Assembly (NCBI GenBank): GCA_965205025.1
Contig: CBDBFU010000003.1
Location: 128,001-192,000 of the forward strand
DNA length: 64,000 nucleotides
Direction of reading: 5' to 3'
Source: Candidatus Poribacteria bacterium
Lineage (GTDB): Bacteria > Poribacteria > WGA-4E > WGA-3G
Below are positions 43,728-53,870 of the stretch, piece after piece; the first letter of the stretch is position 1, and each line of letters opens with the position of its first letter. The notes beneath the pieces were generated by a model. That model made no database searches and had not been told where the DNA came from. It saw only the letters and a program-made list of their open reading frames with translations. The position numbers and the translations under genes were made by a program.

Positions 43728-44969
43728 ATGGATTACTATATTAGTCAAATCGGTAACGATTCCAACACAGGTATTTCCATCAAACACCCGTGGTGTAGTA
43801 TTGACAGGATAAATAGCACACAATTAAATGCTGGTGATTCTGTTTGGTTTCAGGCACAACAGACGTTCAAAGGAAATCTTATCGTATCTGGATTAGATAG
43901 TGAATGTTTAGATAAACCAATAATCTTCAGGTCTTACGGTGAAGGTAGAGCAACGATTGATGCTGGTAACGGTTCAGGTTTTCTTTGTAGCAATACTAAT
44001 GGCGTTCATATAATTGATCTCAACTTTATCGGGGACGGAACAGATCGTAATCATGGATCCGGAATTAGGTTTGTCAATACACTTCCGGAACATAAAATAC
44101 TCAAAAATATACGAATTGAAAAGGTTGAGGTAAGTGGTTTTAAACATTCTGGAATTGGCATCGCTACAGAACCTATTGATGGTACATGGTGCGGATTTAG
44201 CAATGTGAAGATAACTCATGCTAATGTCCATGATAATGGGGATGCTGGTATTAAGTGTTATGGTGTATGGAATCCAGAAAATGAAGGATATTCTCATCAG
44301 GACGTTTATATAGGTTTCTGTCAGGTTTACCAAAACGAAGGACTTCAAGGTAAAAAATCACATACGGGGAACGGTATTGTACTTGCACAGGTAGATGTAG
44401 GGACTATTGAATATTGTCAGGCATATGAAAACGGGAGGTTAAACAGTTCTGAGGAAGGTGGACCCGTTGGTATATGGACGTGGGATTCTAATCGTGTCCT
44501 TATACAATGTAATGAATCGCATCACAATCGAACCGATAGTGGTAAAGATGGTGGTGGTTTTGACCTTGATGGTGGTGTGCGTAACTCAATTGTTCAATAC
44601 AATTACTCTCACGATAACGAGGGTGCAGGATTCTTATTAGCACAATTTGAGGGTGCAAGAGCATTTCACAGTAACGTGATCCGCTATAATCTGAGTGAGA
44701 ATGACGGAAGAAAGAATACTTACGGTGGTATTCACTTCTGGTCTACTGGGGCAAATGGTGGTATACAAAACACGACAATCTATCAGAATAAAGTTATTAC
44801 AAGTGAATCTGTAAATGGGAATCCTGCTGCTGTTGACTGTGTAAGCGAGGGAATACATAATATTCGTTTCTACAATAATACTTTTATAACCGATGGGAAC
44901 GCTCCTCAAATACGCGGTAAAGCAAATCCTGCTGTGAGTTTTGAAGATAATACTTGGTTGATTATTTAA
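43728..44969 (+). CDS. Right-handed parallel beta-helix repeat protein
   Basis: YYISQIGNDSNTG, DGGGFDLDGG, YNYSHDNEGAG; pectin-lyase-fold repeats. Confidence 0.85.
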   Translation: MDYYISQIGNDSNTGISIKHPWCSIDRINSTQLNAGDSVWFQAQQTFKGNLIVSGLDSECLDKPIIFRSYGEGRATIDAGNGSGFLCSNTNGVHIIDLNFIGDGTDRNHGSGIRFVNTLPEHKILKNIRIEKVEVSGFKHSGIGIATEPIDGTWCGFSNVKITHANVHDNGDAGIKCYGVWNPENEGYSHQDVYIGFCQVYQNEGLQGKKSHTGNGIVLAQVDVGTIEYCQAYENGRLNSSEEGGPVGIWTWDSNRVLIQCNESHHNRTDSGKDGGGFDLDGGVRNSIVQYNYSHDNEGAGFLLAQFEGARAFHSNVIRYNLSENDGRKNTYGGIHFWSTGANGGIQNTTIYQNKVITSESVNGNPAAVDCVSEGIHNIRFYNNTFITDGNAPQIRGKANPAVSFEDNTWLII

Positions 44970-44994
44970 CTATATTTTGGACAGTTTTAAGCGA

Positions 44995-45071
44995 TACACA
45001 TTTCGCCCCTCTGGGGCTTGGTCCTTAGGGAAGTATTGAGTTTCTACAAACATTTCGCCCCGCTGGGGCTA
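44995..45071. repeat. Two tandem REP-like hairpins
   Basis: ACATTTCGCCCCTCTGGGGCT and ACATTTCGCCCCGCTGGGGCT about 51 nt apart. Confidence 0.8.
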
Positions 45072-45282
45072 CCCTTAGGACAAGTAAGTTTATTTTTTTA
45101 GTTAGGTTTATAGGGAAAACTTTGAGAAAATGAGAATACTTTGAAAACTGTGCATGTACCTAACAGAAATTGTCCAAACTATTGTAAATAATTATTCACA
45201 CCCCTCATTTAGTTTTAACTGGGAGAAAATCGAAAAAGTCTAATAGAAATTTGGGACAATACTTGAAAGGAATCTAAGAAAT

Positions 45283-46266
45283 ATGAGGACAATCACATAT
45301 CGTGATGCGCTTAAAGAGGCTTTAGTTGAAGAGATGGAGCGTGATGATGCTGTCTTTCTCATGGGGGAAGATATTGCTGAATATGGTGGTGCATATAAAG
45401 TTACGGATGGTCTCTTTAAGCAATTTGGTAAAGATCGTATCCGTAACACCCCTATTTCTGAGGCAGCAATCATCGGCACTGCCCTTGGGGCTGCTGTTAC
45501 GGGTATGCGACCTGTAGCAGAACTCATGTATATTGACTTTACAGCAGTTGGTATGGATCAGATTGTTAACCAAGTTGCAAAAATACGTTACATGGTGGGT
45601 GGACAGTTAGATGTACCTCTTGTTATTCGTACACAAGGTGGTGCAGGAAGGTCTTCCGCTGCCCAACATGCACAAAGTCTTGAAGCCTGGTTTGTTCATA
45701 TTCCAGGACTTCTTGTTGTGATGCCAGCAACTCCTTATGATGCAAAAGGATTACTCAAAACTGCCATTCGTAACGACAATCCAATCATGTTTATTGAACA
45801 TAAACTACTTTATACTGAAGAGGGAGAGATTCCTGATGAGGAATATACGATACCTTTAGCGGAAGCGGATGTAAAACGTGAAGGTGAGGATATAACTATA
45901 TTAGCAACATCACGAATGGTATTAAAAGCACTCGAAGCGGCAGATGAACTTGCTGTGGACGGTATTTCAGCGGAGATTGTTGACCCCAGAACTTTGATGC
46001 CACTCGATAAGGAAACTATATTTGAGTCTGTTATGAAAACAAATCGTCTGCTTATTGCACATGAAGCGGTTGGAAGGGCAGGATTTGGGGCTGAAATTGC
46101 CGCATTGGTGGTGCGCGAAGTTTTTGATTATCTTGATGCCCCAATTGAACGTGTAGCTGCAGCCCCTGTACCTGTGCCTTTTGCTCCTGTGATGGAAAAC
46201 TTTGTGATTCCGGATGTGCCGCAGATTGTTGAAGCTGCACGTAAGTTAGTTAGGTATGAAATATGA
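45283..46266 (+). CDS. 2-oxoacid/acetoin dehydrogenase E1 beta subunit
   Basis: MGEDIAEYGG, NTPISE, AAQHAQSLEAW, FIEHKLLY, LDAPIERV. Confidence 0.93.
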   Translation: MRTITYRDALKEALVEEMERDDAVFLMGEDIAEYGGAYKVTDGLFKQFGKDRIRNTPISEAAIIGTALGAAVTGMRPVAELMYIDFTAVGMDQIVNQVAKIRYMVGGQLDVPLVIRTQGGAGRSSAAQHAQSLEAWFVHIPGLLVVMPATPYDAKGLLKTAIRNDNPIMFIEHKLLYTEEGEIPDEEYTIPLAEADVKREGEDITILATSRMVLKALEAADELAVDGISAEIVDPRTLMPLDKETIFESVMKTNRLLIAHEAVGRAGFGAEIAALVVREVFDYLDAPIERVAAAPVPVPFAPVMENFVIPDVPQIVEAARKLVRYEI

Positions 46267-47261
46267 ATATTAATAATTTGAAAACATTGATAGATAGTAA
46301 TGGGAGAAATAACATGGAACCACAAGATCTTATACGGTTGATTACCCCAAAAAGGATATTATTTGTGATTCTCGGTGTGCTTATATTAATATGTTTAGCC
46401 ACAAGTTTTTATACGGTTGAAGCTGATGAGGTGGCAGTTGTTTTAATGTTCGGAAAGGCTGTCAGGCAAGCAGAACCGGGACTCCATTTTAAATTACCAC
46501 TCGGTATTGAAAATGCCATTAATGTACAAGTTAGAAAGGTATTTAAAGAGGAGTTTGGGTTTAGGACACTCAAAGCAGGGATCCGCACACAGTATGATAC
46601 AAGAGATTATAGTACTGAATCTTTACTATTGACAGGGGATCTTAACATCGCGGATGTTGAATGGGTTATTCAGTACAAGATAAATGATCCACAGAAATAT
46701 CTGTTTTCTGTTAGGAATCCGAGACAAGCATTACGAGATCTATCAGAATCCGTGATGAGTCGCGTTATCGGGAACCGTACAGTAACAGAAGTATTGACTA
46801 TCGGACGTATTGAAATTGCAGCAGAGGTAGAACAATATTTACAAAAACTTCTTGATCTGTATGATACCGGATTGGATGTTGCAAATGTGACATTACAGGA
46901 TGTGAATCCACCGGAAAAAGTGAAGTCTGCATTTAATGCTGTCAATGAGGCAAAACAGGAAAAGGAACGTTTAATCAACGAAGCATGGCGTGATTATAAT
47001 CAATCTGTTCCGAAGTCCAAAGGGTTGGCGTTACAACAGATTTCAGAGGCACAAGGATACGCTCTGAAACGTGTTAATCAAGCACAAGGGGATGCAGATA
47101 GATTTAAGGCTATACGAGGGGAATATCAAAAAGCCAAAGAGGTAACACGGCAACGGCTCTATCTCGAAACTATGCAGGATGTCTTACCTCAAGTCAAAGA
47201 GATCTATGTTATTGACGGTAAAGCTAATACACCTATTCCCATTCTACAACTTAAAGAATAA
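46263..47261 (+). CDS. hflK: FtsH protease modulator HflK
   Basis: SPFH domain, LLTGDLNIADV, DVNPPEKVKSAFNAV, RQRLYLETM; start may be 46314. Confidence 0.92.
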   Translation: MNINNLKTLIDSNGRNNMEPQDLIRLITPKRILFVILGVLILICLATSFYTVEADEVAVVLMFGKAVRQAEPGLHFKLPLGIENAINVQVRKVFKEEFGFRTLKAGIRTQYDTRDYSTESLLLTGDLNIADVEWVIQYKINDPQKYLFSVRNPRQALRDLSESVMSRVIGNRTVTEVLTIGRIEIAAEVEQYLQKLLDLYDTGLDVANVTLQDVNPPEKVKSAFNAVNEAKQEKERLINEAWRDYNQSVPKSKGLALQQISEAQGYALKRVNQAQGDADRFKAIRGEYQKAKEVTRQRLYLETMQDVLPQVKEIYVIDGKANTPIPILQLKE

Positions 47262-47297
47262 ATATCTATAAACGACGTCTTGACAAGGAGTTTTCTG

Positions 47298-48257
47298 ATG
47301 AAGTTAAAGATTCTTATACCATTGATTATCGTTATTATTTTGGGAATTATACTTTCTTCCAGTATGTTTTATATTGTAAAAGAAGGTGAACAGGTTGTTA
47401 TAACTGAATTTGGTCGTCCAGTAGGAGATCCCGCAGTTACGGCTGGATTAAAACTAAAAACCCCATTTATCCAACAGGTACATCGTTTTGAAAAACGTAT
47501 ACTTGAATGGGACGGTTCACCCAACCAAATTCCCACAAAAGATAAAAAGTTTATATGGCTTGATACAACTGCACGTTGGCGTATTAAAGACCCTCTCAAA
47601 TTCTATGAAGCACTTGGCACAGAAATGTTGGCACAGTCACGTTTAGATGACATCATTGATTCGGCTGCACGCGATTTAGTTACAGCACAATTGCTAATTG
47701 AAGTTGTCAGAAATTCAAATCGAATATTAGAACAAGATTTTGAAGTTCTTGAAGAAGAAGAGGGACAAACAAAGGAAGCATTAGAAGAGATTCAGATTGG
47801 TAGAGAAGAGATTACACGCAGGATACGTGAAAAGGCTCAGGAGGTTGTTCCGCAGTTCGGTATTGAACTTGTTGATGTACAGGTAAAAAGGATTAACTAT
47901 GTTGATGAAGTTAGACAGAAAGTTTTTGATCGTATGATATCTGAACGTCAACGTATTTCGGAGAAGTATAAATCAGAAGGTGAAGGTGAAGCTGCTAATA
48001 TCATGGGACAGAAACAGAAAGAATTAGAGCGTATTCAGTCAGAGGCGTATAAAGAGGCAGAACAGATTAAAGGGGATGCTGATGCTCAAGCAATCCAAAT
48101 ATATGCTGATGCACACGGACAAGATCCAGAGTTTTTTGCTTTCCTACAGACTTTGGAAACATATCGGAAAACCAGTGGTGCCAGTACAAAACTTATTCTT
48201 ACAACAGACAGTGATCTCTATAAATATCTCAAGGATAGCCAATTGCTAAGTCGTTGA
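47298..48257 (+). CDS. hflC: FtsH protease modulator HflC
   Basis: IPTKDKK, RMISERQ, DPEFFAFLQTLE. Confidence 0.93.
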   Translation: MKLKILIPLIIVIILGIILSSSMFYIVKEGEQVVITEFGRPVGDPAVTAGLKLKTPFIQQVHRFEKRILEWDGSPNQIPTKDKKFIWLDTTARWRIKDPLKFYEALGTEMLAQSRLDDIIDSAARDLVTAQLLIEVVRNSNRILEQDFEVLEEEEGQTKEALEEIQIGREEITRRIREKAQEVVPQFGIELVDVQVKRINYVDEVRQKVFDRMISERQRISEKYKSEGEGEAANIMGQKQKELERIQSEAYKEAEQIKGDADAQAIQIYADAHGQDPEFFAFLQTLETYRKTSGASTKLILTTDSDLYKYLKDSQLLSR

Positions 48258-48283
48258 TTTGTTGTGGCAATTCCCGGGTCTTT

Positions 48284-48346
48284 TGTAGGAGGAGATTGTG
48301 ATCCGCGATCTTCTCCTCTTCTGTAGGAGGGATTCCAATTCTTGAC
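48284..48346. repeat. Degenerate GTAG-type REP pair at the left edge of the island
   Basis: GTAGGAGGAGATT...GATCTTCTCCTCTTCT-GTAGGAGGGATTCC; related in inverted orientation to 55920-55978. Confidence 0.55.
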
Positions 48347-48581
48347 TCTTTAGGCGCGGGGATTGACGCTAATGAGTATCGCTTCCTTATTGTTCTGGTT
48401 CTACTGCTGCTATAGACAAATTACCCATGTGGTGAAATCTAACCAAAATATCTAAAACTAAAAAACCCTGTCCGACAACACCGAAACCTTGACAAAGAGG
48501 GTTGCACATTGTTAGACTTAATACAACGCGCCCCTCCCCAATACAAAAATCGCAGGTAAATTGTGAAAGGATTTAGTACGA

Positions 48582-49628
48582 ATGGACGAAATGTTAAAGC
48601 CACTCATTGATAACTTAACAGGCGGAGTTGGAAAGAATCTATCTAAGGCAAGTGACAAGTTGACCACAGGTGCTATTGACCGGCTAAACGAGGTGCAAAA
48701 CGCAATAGCTGATGGAAATGTAGCAATTATAAATGAGGTCACTCGGCAAATAGTGGATCAAATAGTCGTTCCAGAAGAATACGCTAAAAGGGCAGTAGCT
48801 AAATACGGAGAAAAAATAGTTAGGGAACAAACCATCATTGATAAGATATTTGGTAGAAGTAAGAAGATTATACAGGATACTCCACAAGACAAGTATGAAG
48901 ATAATAGTAACGTTGAGGATATTACCGATGATTGGTTAAATCAATTCAGAGAAGTGGCGTGTAAAAAGGATTCAGAAGAAGCTCAAGAACTATTTAGCAA
49001 AGTGTTGGCAGGTGAAATCAGAAAACCAGGTGCGTTCTCATTATTCGCACTAACAACCTTAGCAAATATGGACCAAGCTGTAGTTCAGTTATTCAATAAG
49101 TTTTGTTCATTATGCATTGTTTATTTAGAAGATCCCGATGAATTTCTTCAATCAGATTCTTATTTCAATATTATAGATGTAAGAATGCCTTTTCTAACAG
49201 GTGATATATCAGACGCCGGCACTATTAAACCCATTCACCCATCAATATTAGAGAAATTTAACGATAGATCTGATTCTATATATGAAGAATACGGCTTTGG
49301 TTTCAAGGAAATTCAGTTATTAAAAGATTTTCGTCTAATTGAGAACTCATCTCTTATGTACTACAATTGTATTTTGTTTAATAACGAACTCTGGATAGTT
49401 ACATTGCCAACTCCACATACTCCATTTGAAGAAGAAGATATTAAAGACATCAGAATAGCAGGTTACGCTTTAACCTCTGTTGGAAGAGAATTATTCCATC
49501 TCACAGAACGTGTCACTCCACCAGAATATTTTGATACAATATCTGAATTTCTAAAAGATTATTATGATGTAAGACTGTGTAAATTCCCTAATTCTCGAAA
49601 GAAATCATCTCCCAACAAAGATGATTGA
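48582..49628 (+). CDS. DUF2806 domain protein
   Basis: DDWLNQFREVA...ELFSKVLAGEIRKPGAFSL and C-terminal LTSVGREL. Confidence 0.85.
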   Translation: MDEMLKPLIDNLTGGVGKNLSKASDKLTTGAIDRLNEVQNAIADGNVAIINEVTRQIVDQIVVPEEYAKRAVAKYGEKIVREQTIIDKIFGRSKKIIQDTPQDKYEDNSNVEDITDDWLNQFREVACKKDSEEAQELFSKVLAGEIRKPGAFSLFALTTLANMDQAVVQLFNKFCSLCIVYLEDPDEFLQSDSYFNIIDVRMPFLTGDISDAGTIKPIHPSILEKFNDRSDSIYEEYGFGFKEIQLLKDFRLIENSSLMYYNCILFNNELWIVTLPTPHTPFEEEDIKDIRIAGYALTSVGRELFHLTERVTPPEYFDTISEFLKDYYDVRLCKFPNSRKKSSPNKDD

Positions 49629-49940
49629 AAGACAGGACACAAACCCGCAAAACCTTCATCCTAATATACGAAAAAGGGGCAGAAGATTGGACACAGAATC
49701 TACTACCTATGGGGATAACGTCCAGGTCATCTAAAATCAAGTGGGTTTTCTGCTTGGTAGGAAGTCAATTTGGGGCTGGTTCTACTTCTCAAAGATGTGC
49801 TGGTTTGAGTGGCTAAAAGATAAACAGCCGACACATTGACCAAGCATTGCTTTTTATAATGTCTTATAATGATATAGTTCAGGAATAAAGGATTTATCAC
49901 ACCTATTATGAAGGAAATTGAATTATGAAGGAAATTGAAG

Positions 49941-50948
49941 ATGCCAAATCATTCCGATCTTTTCATTGAAATACCACAAGATAAATGTAAAAAAGAAGCT
50001 ATTCCATATCAAGACACGTTGAATATTGATACAAAAGAATGCGACTACTGTCAAGTAGATCTAAACGCTGTAGAACATTATCATGAAGATTTCTATTTAG
50101 ATAACAAGAAGATCAGTGTATTTCGACAATGCTATTATACTTGTGATTGTAATGGCATATGGATACTTGTCCATAAAAACGCAAACGACACATACACAGA
50201 AGTATACAGAAATCCGTTAGATATTGCTAATTGCCATTTAGAAGTTTCAAAACTATATCTTCTAAACATAGATGTAGATAGGGAAATATTTCTAAAATCA
50301 TATCTTAAAAACTACCCTGAAACAAAATCAGATTGGGAGGCTTATCACCGTTTATACGAAAAAATAGTAGATTTAGGAAATCATATACGGATTATGGCTA
50401 TGTTAAAAACAGACTATCCATTAAATAAAATGGATTTTAATGAATTTCGGTTTGGACTCACAATATCAATCTGCACTTTACTTCAATATTCAGGACTTCA
50501 TCTGTGGCTACTACGAAAAAGACAAAGTTTTGAACAATCCATAACACTTATCTGCTCAATTATGGATAGTCAACATTCTCCTATATCGCTAAAGAAGTTT
50601 ACCAAAGAATATAATATACCTGAATTAGATAATCTGAACACTAACTTAAACTTTAATTCTGGTAAATACCATGACATAAAATATCTTCGCGACAAACAAT
50701 TAGAACATAATGACTCTGACTTCTCGTGGACTCAACAACAGGTCACTCCAGAATTACTCATTGCTGCCTATAGTGACATAATAATCGCTGTAAACGAGTT
50801 AAATAAGGTAAAAGGTATAGAAGTGTTCTTTAATAACCAACTTGAAACAGAAGATGAATCTGATGTTATTAATTTCTTAATTAGAGAGTTAATGATCATT
50901 GAAGGCTCTTTGAAAATATATGAGAATAATAGTAATAACAATAAATAG
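49941..50948 (+). CDS. Hypothetical protein: N-terminal Cys cluster plus C-terminal HEPN (AbiU2-like) RNase-like domain
   Basis: CDYC...CDC; C-terminal YLRDKQLEHND fits R-x4-6-H; low GC; start ATG 49941 (ORF open from 49935). Confidence 0.55.
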   Translation: MPNHSDLFIEIPQDKCKKEAIPYQDTLNIDTKECDYCQVDLNAVEHYHEDFYLDNKKISVFRQCYYTCDCNGIWILVHKNANDTYTEVYRNPLDIANCHLEVSKLYLLNIDVDREIFLKSYLKNYPETKSDWEAYHRLYEKIVDLGNHIRIMAMLKTDYPLNKMDFNEFRFGLTISICTLLQYSGLHLWLLRKRQSFEQSITLICSIMDSQHSPISLKKFTKEYNIPELDNLNTNLNFNSGKYHDIKYLRDKQLEHNDSDFSWTQQQVTPELLIAAYSDIIIAVNELNKVKGIEVFFNNQLETEDESDVINFLIRELMIIEGSLKIYENNSNNNK

Positions 50949-51097
50949 ATAATGTTGGGCAGATTTTTGTGTTCTCGGCTTGGTAGAAAGCCAATTTAGA
51001 GTAGGTGCTACTCCTCAAGAAGTACCCAGTTGTGAGTGGATATAAGAATAAATGCAACAGAAGATTTTCTTGAGAGAAATTGGGCAGCAGAATAGGT

Positions 51098-51541
51098 TTA
51101 CATATATCCTTTTCCTTCTGAAAATCTAATTTCAGCGTATATTTCTTTATACAAATCCATTATGGGACTGGAATAATGTTCTTGCATTCTGATATTGTTT
51201 CTTGATGATCCATAGGATCGATGATTGACATTATTCGGATTAGACAGACTATAGTTGTCTTTCAGTATAAATTCTTTTCCTTGAATTTCTTTTAAATTTT
51301 CAAATATGTTTTTAACTAAGCATTCTGCTTCTAAGTTTGTTATTCTGTGAATGAATCTGTGCTTGTTGTTTGGATATGCTTTATATTTTAAAGAAATAAC
51401 AAATACTGGTGGTTCTGTTTCATCCTCTATCATACTCAAGTCATAGTTTGTAGTTTCATTAATTGATTCTAATAAGATTTGCATATCCATTTTCATCTGG
51501 TTTTTTTCAATGAGTTCTTGACTCTCTTTTCGTGTATTCAT
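51098..51541 (-). CDS. Hypothetical protein (low GC)
   Basis: 147-aa ORF with AAGG RBS; no recognised motif. Confidence 0.6.
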   Translation of the reverse strand: MNTRKESQELIEKNQMKMDMQILLESINETTNYDLSMIEDETEPPVFVISLKYKAYPNNKHRFIHRITNLEAECLVKNIFENLKEIQGKEFILKDNYSLSNPNNVNHRSYGSSRNNIRMQEHYSSPIMDLYKEIYAEIRFSEGKGYM

Positions 51542-51727
51542 ATTATATTAAATCCTTTTTAACAATGTTTTAGTATACATTATATTTTACCATAAGAAAC
51601 ATTCCTTTCGCCAACCAAATCACGTCACTCCTTATGATAATTCATTATGTAATAAGTTATGTTGAGATTGATTAATTTGATTTTACGATTTTACCTGTGA
51701 AAGATGATTGCATAAATCAATTGTTTG

Positions 51728-52558
51728 TCAAACCCATTGACTACGACATGATTGAGACACCTTTATTCTATTTTCAATGCCTAATAACTTAAGAAATTGT
51801 TTTACAATATCGTTAAAAACTTTATGTGAATAAGGAGATAATACAATTTCGTCTATAAGATTTAATGATGAATCAATATACATATTGTGTGTTTTTTTAT
51901 TTTTATATGAGTTTTTTAATGCTGGATTATTTTTAAAAAGATCGTCCATGTGATTTTTTGTATTATAAACTTGTTCTGAATTAAGAGGTGCAAGAGAATG
52001 TGGATTATGGAAAAGTGATATTAATATTCTAACTTCTTTTTCATATTCAAAATCTTTCATTTTATAGAAGAAAAATATATAGTAATATTCCTCTAATAAA
52101 TCTTCATCCATACTAAATTCTGACGGATTTTCATCAGTGTATATAACTTCCTTAATTTTACGTGCTGAGTTTTCATATTCTGAATTGTCTATAGAATGTA
52201 TTAACTTCATTGCATTAGTTTTTATAGCAACACCGTCTTTACCATGTGTATATTTATCCCACATTGCAGCACTTTCATGTTCTGATATATGCCATGAAGA
52301 TATATATGTAGATTCTTTATAACATTCTATTGCATAATCTAAACCTGCTGGATTTGTATTACCCATTTTTCTTATAACTTCTCTAAAAATAACACCTTCC
52401 GATTTATCTTCAAATAAATCAGATCGGATTAATGGAATATAGTTATACATCAAAATTTCACATAAAGATGAAAACGACATGTATCTCCACAATATGGTTT
52501 TTTCGCAACATTCTAAGCATGGTGGGATTTTACTCTTATCATCTATAAAAGTTTCCAT
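51728..52558 (-). CDS. DUF2971 domain protein
   Basis: LWRYMS...FEDKSEG, SSWH..ESAAMWDKY, GVAIKT, KMKDFEYEKEVR. Confidence 0.85.
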   Translation of the reverse strand: METFIDDKSKIPPCLECCEKTILWRYMSFSSLCEILMYNYIPLIRSDLFEDKSEGVIFREVIRKMGNTNPAGLDYAIECYKESTYISSWHISEHESAAMWDKYTHGKDGVAIKTNAMKLIHSIDNSEYENSARKIKEVIYTDENPSEFSMDEDLLEEYYYIFFFYKMKDFEYEKEVRILISLFHNPHSLAPLNSEQVYNTKNHMDDLFKNNPALKNSYKNKKTHNMYIDSSLNLIDEIVLSPYSHKVFNDIVKQFLKLLGIENRIKVSQSCRSQWV

Positions 52559-52622
52559 TATGGAATACTCCTTAATTTGTTAAATCTTAGCAATAAGCGA
52601 CTTTGGCTTGAAATAAATTGAT

Positions 52623-52775
52623 TTACTGCACAGAAATTATCTTCTCTTCTTTGAGTTTTTGTATCAATTCCTCTTGTGTTCCTGTTCCTTTCTTTGAGTT
52701 ACAAGAGGTGCATAAGAATTGTAAATTTTCTATGTGGTTATCGATTCCTTTACATTTGTTTGACTTGGGAATAGG
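52623..52775 (-). pseudogene. C-terminal remnant of an HNH nuclease gene
   Basis: IPKS...DNHIENLQFLCTSCNSKKGTGTQEELI; no N-terminus or start; abuts the stop of the DUF262-HNH gene. Confidence 0.7.
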
Positions 52776-52785
52776 GGCGGTCTGA

Positions 52786-53868
52786 TTATCGTGCGGACTT
52801 CTCCCTGTTACACTTTTTACAAAGCATTTGGCAATTATCTTCGCTGGTCTTGCCTCCCTCGGACCAGGGTGTGATGTGGTCTGCTTCCATCTCTTTGATT
52901 GTGAATTCGTCGGCACAGATAACACAAATGCCGGACTGTTTTTCGTATACCTTTTGCTTCATGCTGTTTGAAAAGGCGCGTATGTTCAGGTGCTTCTCCT
53001 CGCGAGTCAGAATGTACGGGTATATACCCGCATTCCGTGTCACATCATCGTCATCTGTAAGACGGGCGGTTTCCTGCTCAATCTCATCAGCATCAAGGTC
53101 AGCATCTTTAAATTCGTTGTGGAGCGAACCCCAATCTACACCCTTCATGGCTGGTCTTGTGTTTGTGAAAGTGGATTCAATCCAATCGATCACTGATTGA
53201 AAATACTCCCATAAGTGTAACGCGTTTTCGTCGTGCTGATGTGTCCCCATGTAGTCTTCAATTGCGTCTTTGCTGATCCACTTAATTGCTGTCTCCAAAT
53301 AGTGTTGTCGGATTGGTGTTCCATTGACATAGGCATTGCCGATTTGGTATGCAGCGCAACCGGTCCGACTAAAATATCGCTTGGCGTCTGACAACCAGGT
53401 TCCGGCGTAAACGGCGTTAAGCAACTCTTGATTAGTCAACTTCTCTCCCGCTATGTTGACCGTTTTGAACCACTCCAACTTTTCGCTTTCAGTTCCAGTA
53501 CAGACGTAGACCATTAACTTGTAATCTAATATCAATTCTTTTTTATCTGATGGGAGATTGTGGAAGTATAGATCATTGAACGAAAAATCCCCATCTACAT
53601 ACTGTGCAATGGAGATTGTGCGCTGCTGTCCGTCAATGATCTCGAAGGTACCGTCTTCTCGGTCTGCCCAGTACATCACGTTCAATGGAAATCCTTTCAG
53701 GATGGAGTCAATGACAGCATTGCGTTTCTTTTCTTTGTAGATAAACCCACGTTGAAATGGTGGTCGTATATCCAGTTTACCACCGTACCCGGTCACGCCG
53801 TCTTCGCCATCGTCGTAGTAATCCTCGACAAGTTCTTTCACTGTGAGGTCTAACAACTCTATTTTCAT
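52786..53868 (-). CDS. DUF262 (ParB/Srx-like, GmrS-type) plus C-terminal HNH endonuclease
   Basis: RPPFQR, IIDGQQRT, FKTVN; CVIC...EADHITPWSEGGKT..NCQMLCKKCN. Confidence 0.92.
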   Translation of the reverse strand: MKIELLDLTVKELVEDYYDDGEDGVTGYGGKLDIRPPFQRGFIYKEKKRNAVIDSILKGFPLNVMYWADREDGTFEIIDGQQRTISIAQYVDGDFSFNDLYFHNLPSDKKELILDYKLMVYVCTGTESEKLEWFKTVNIAGEKLTNQELLNAVYAGTWLSDAKRYFSRTGCAAYQIGNAYVNGTPIRQHYLETAIKWISKDAIEDYMGTHQHDENALHLWEYFQSVIDWIESTFTNTRPAMKGVDWGSLHNEFKDADLDADEIEQETARLTDDDDVTRNAGIYPYILTREEKHLNIRAFSNSMKQKVYEKQSGICVICADEFTIKEMEADHITPWSEGGKTSEDNCQMLCKKCNREKSAR

Positions 53869-53870
53869 TG

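Noticed and set aside
49625-49816. 63-aa ORF after DUF2806
   Set aside because: TTG start, no motif, and it overlaps the direct repeat, whose second copy does not keep the same ORF
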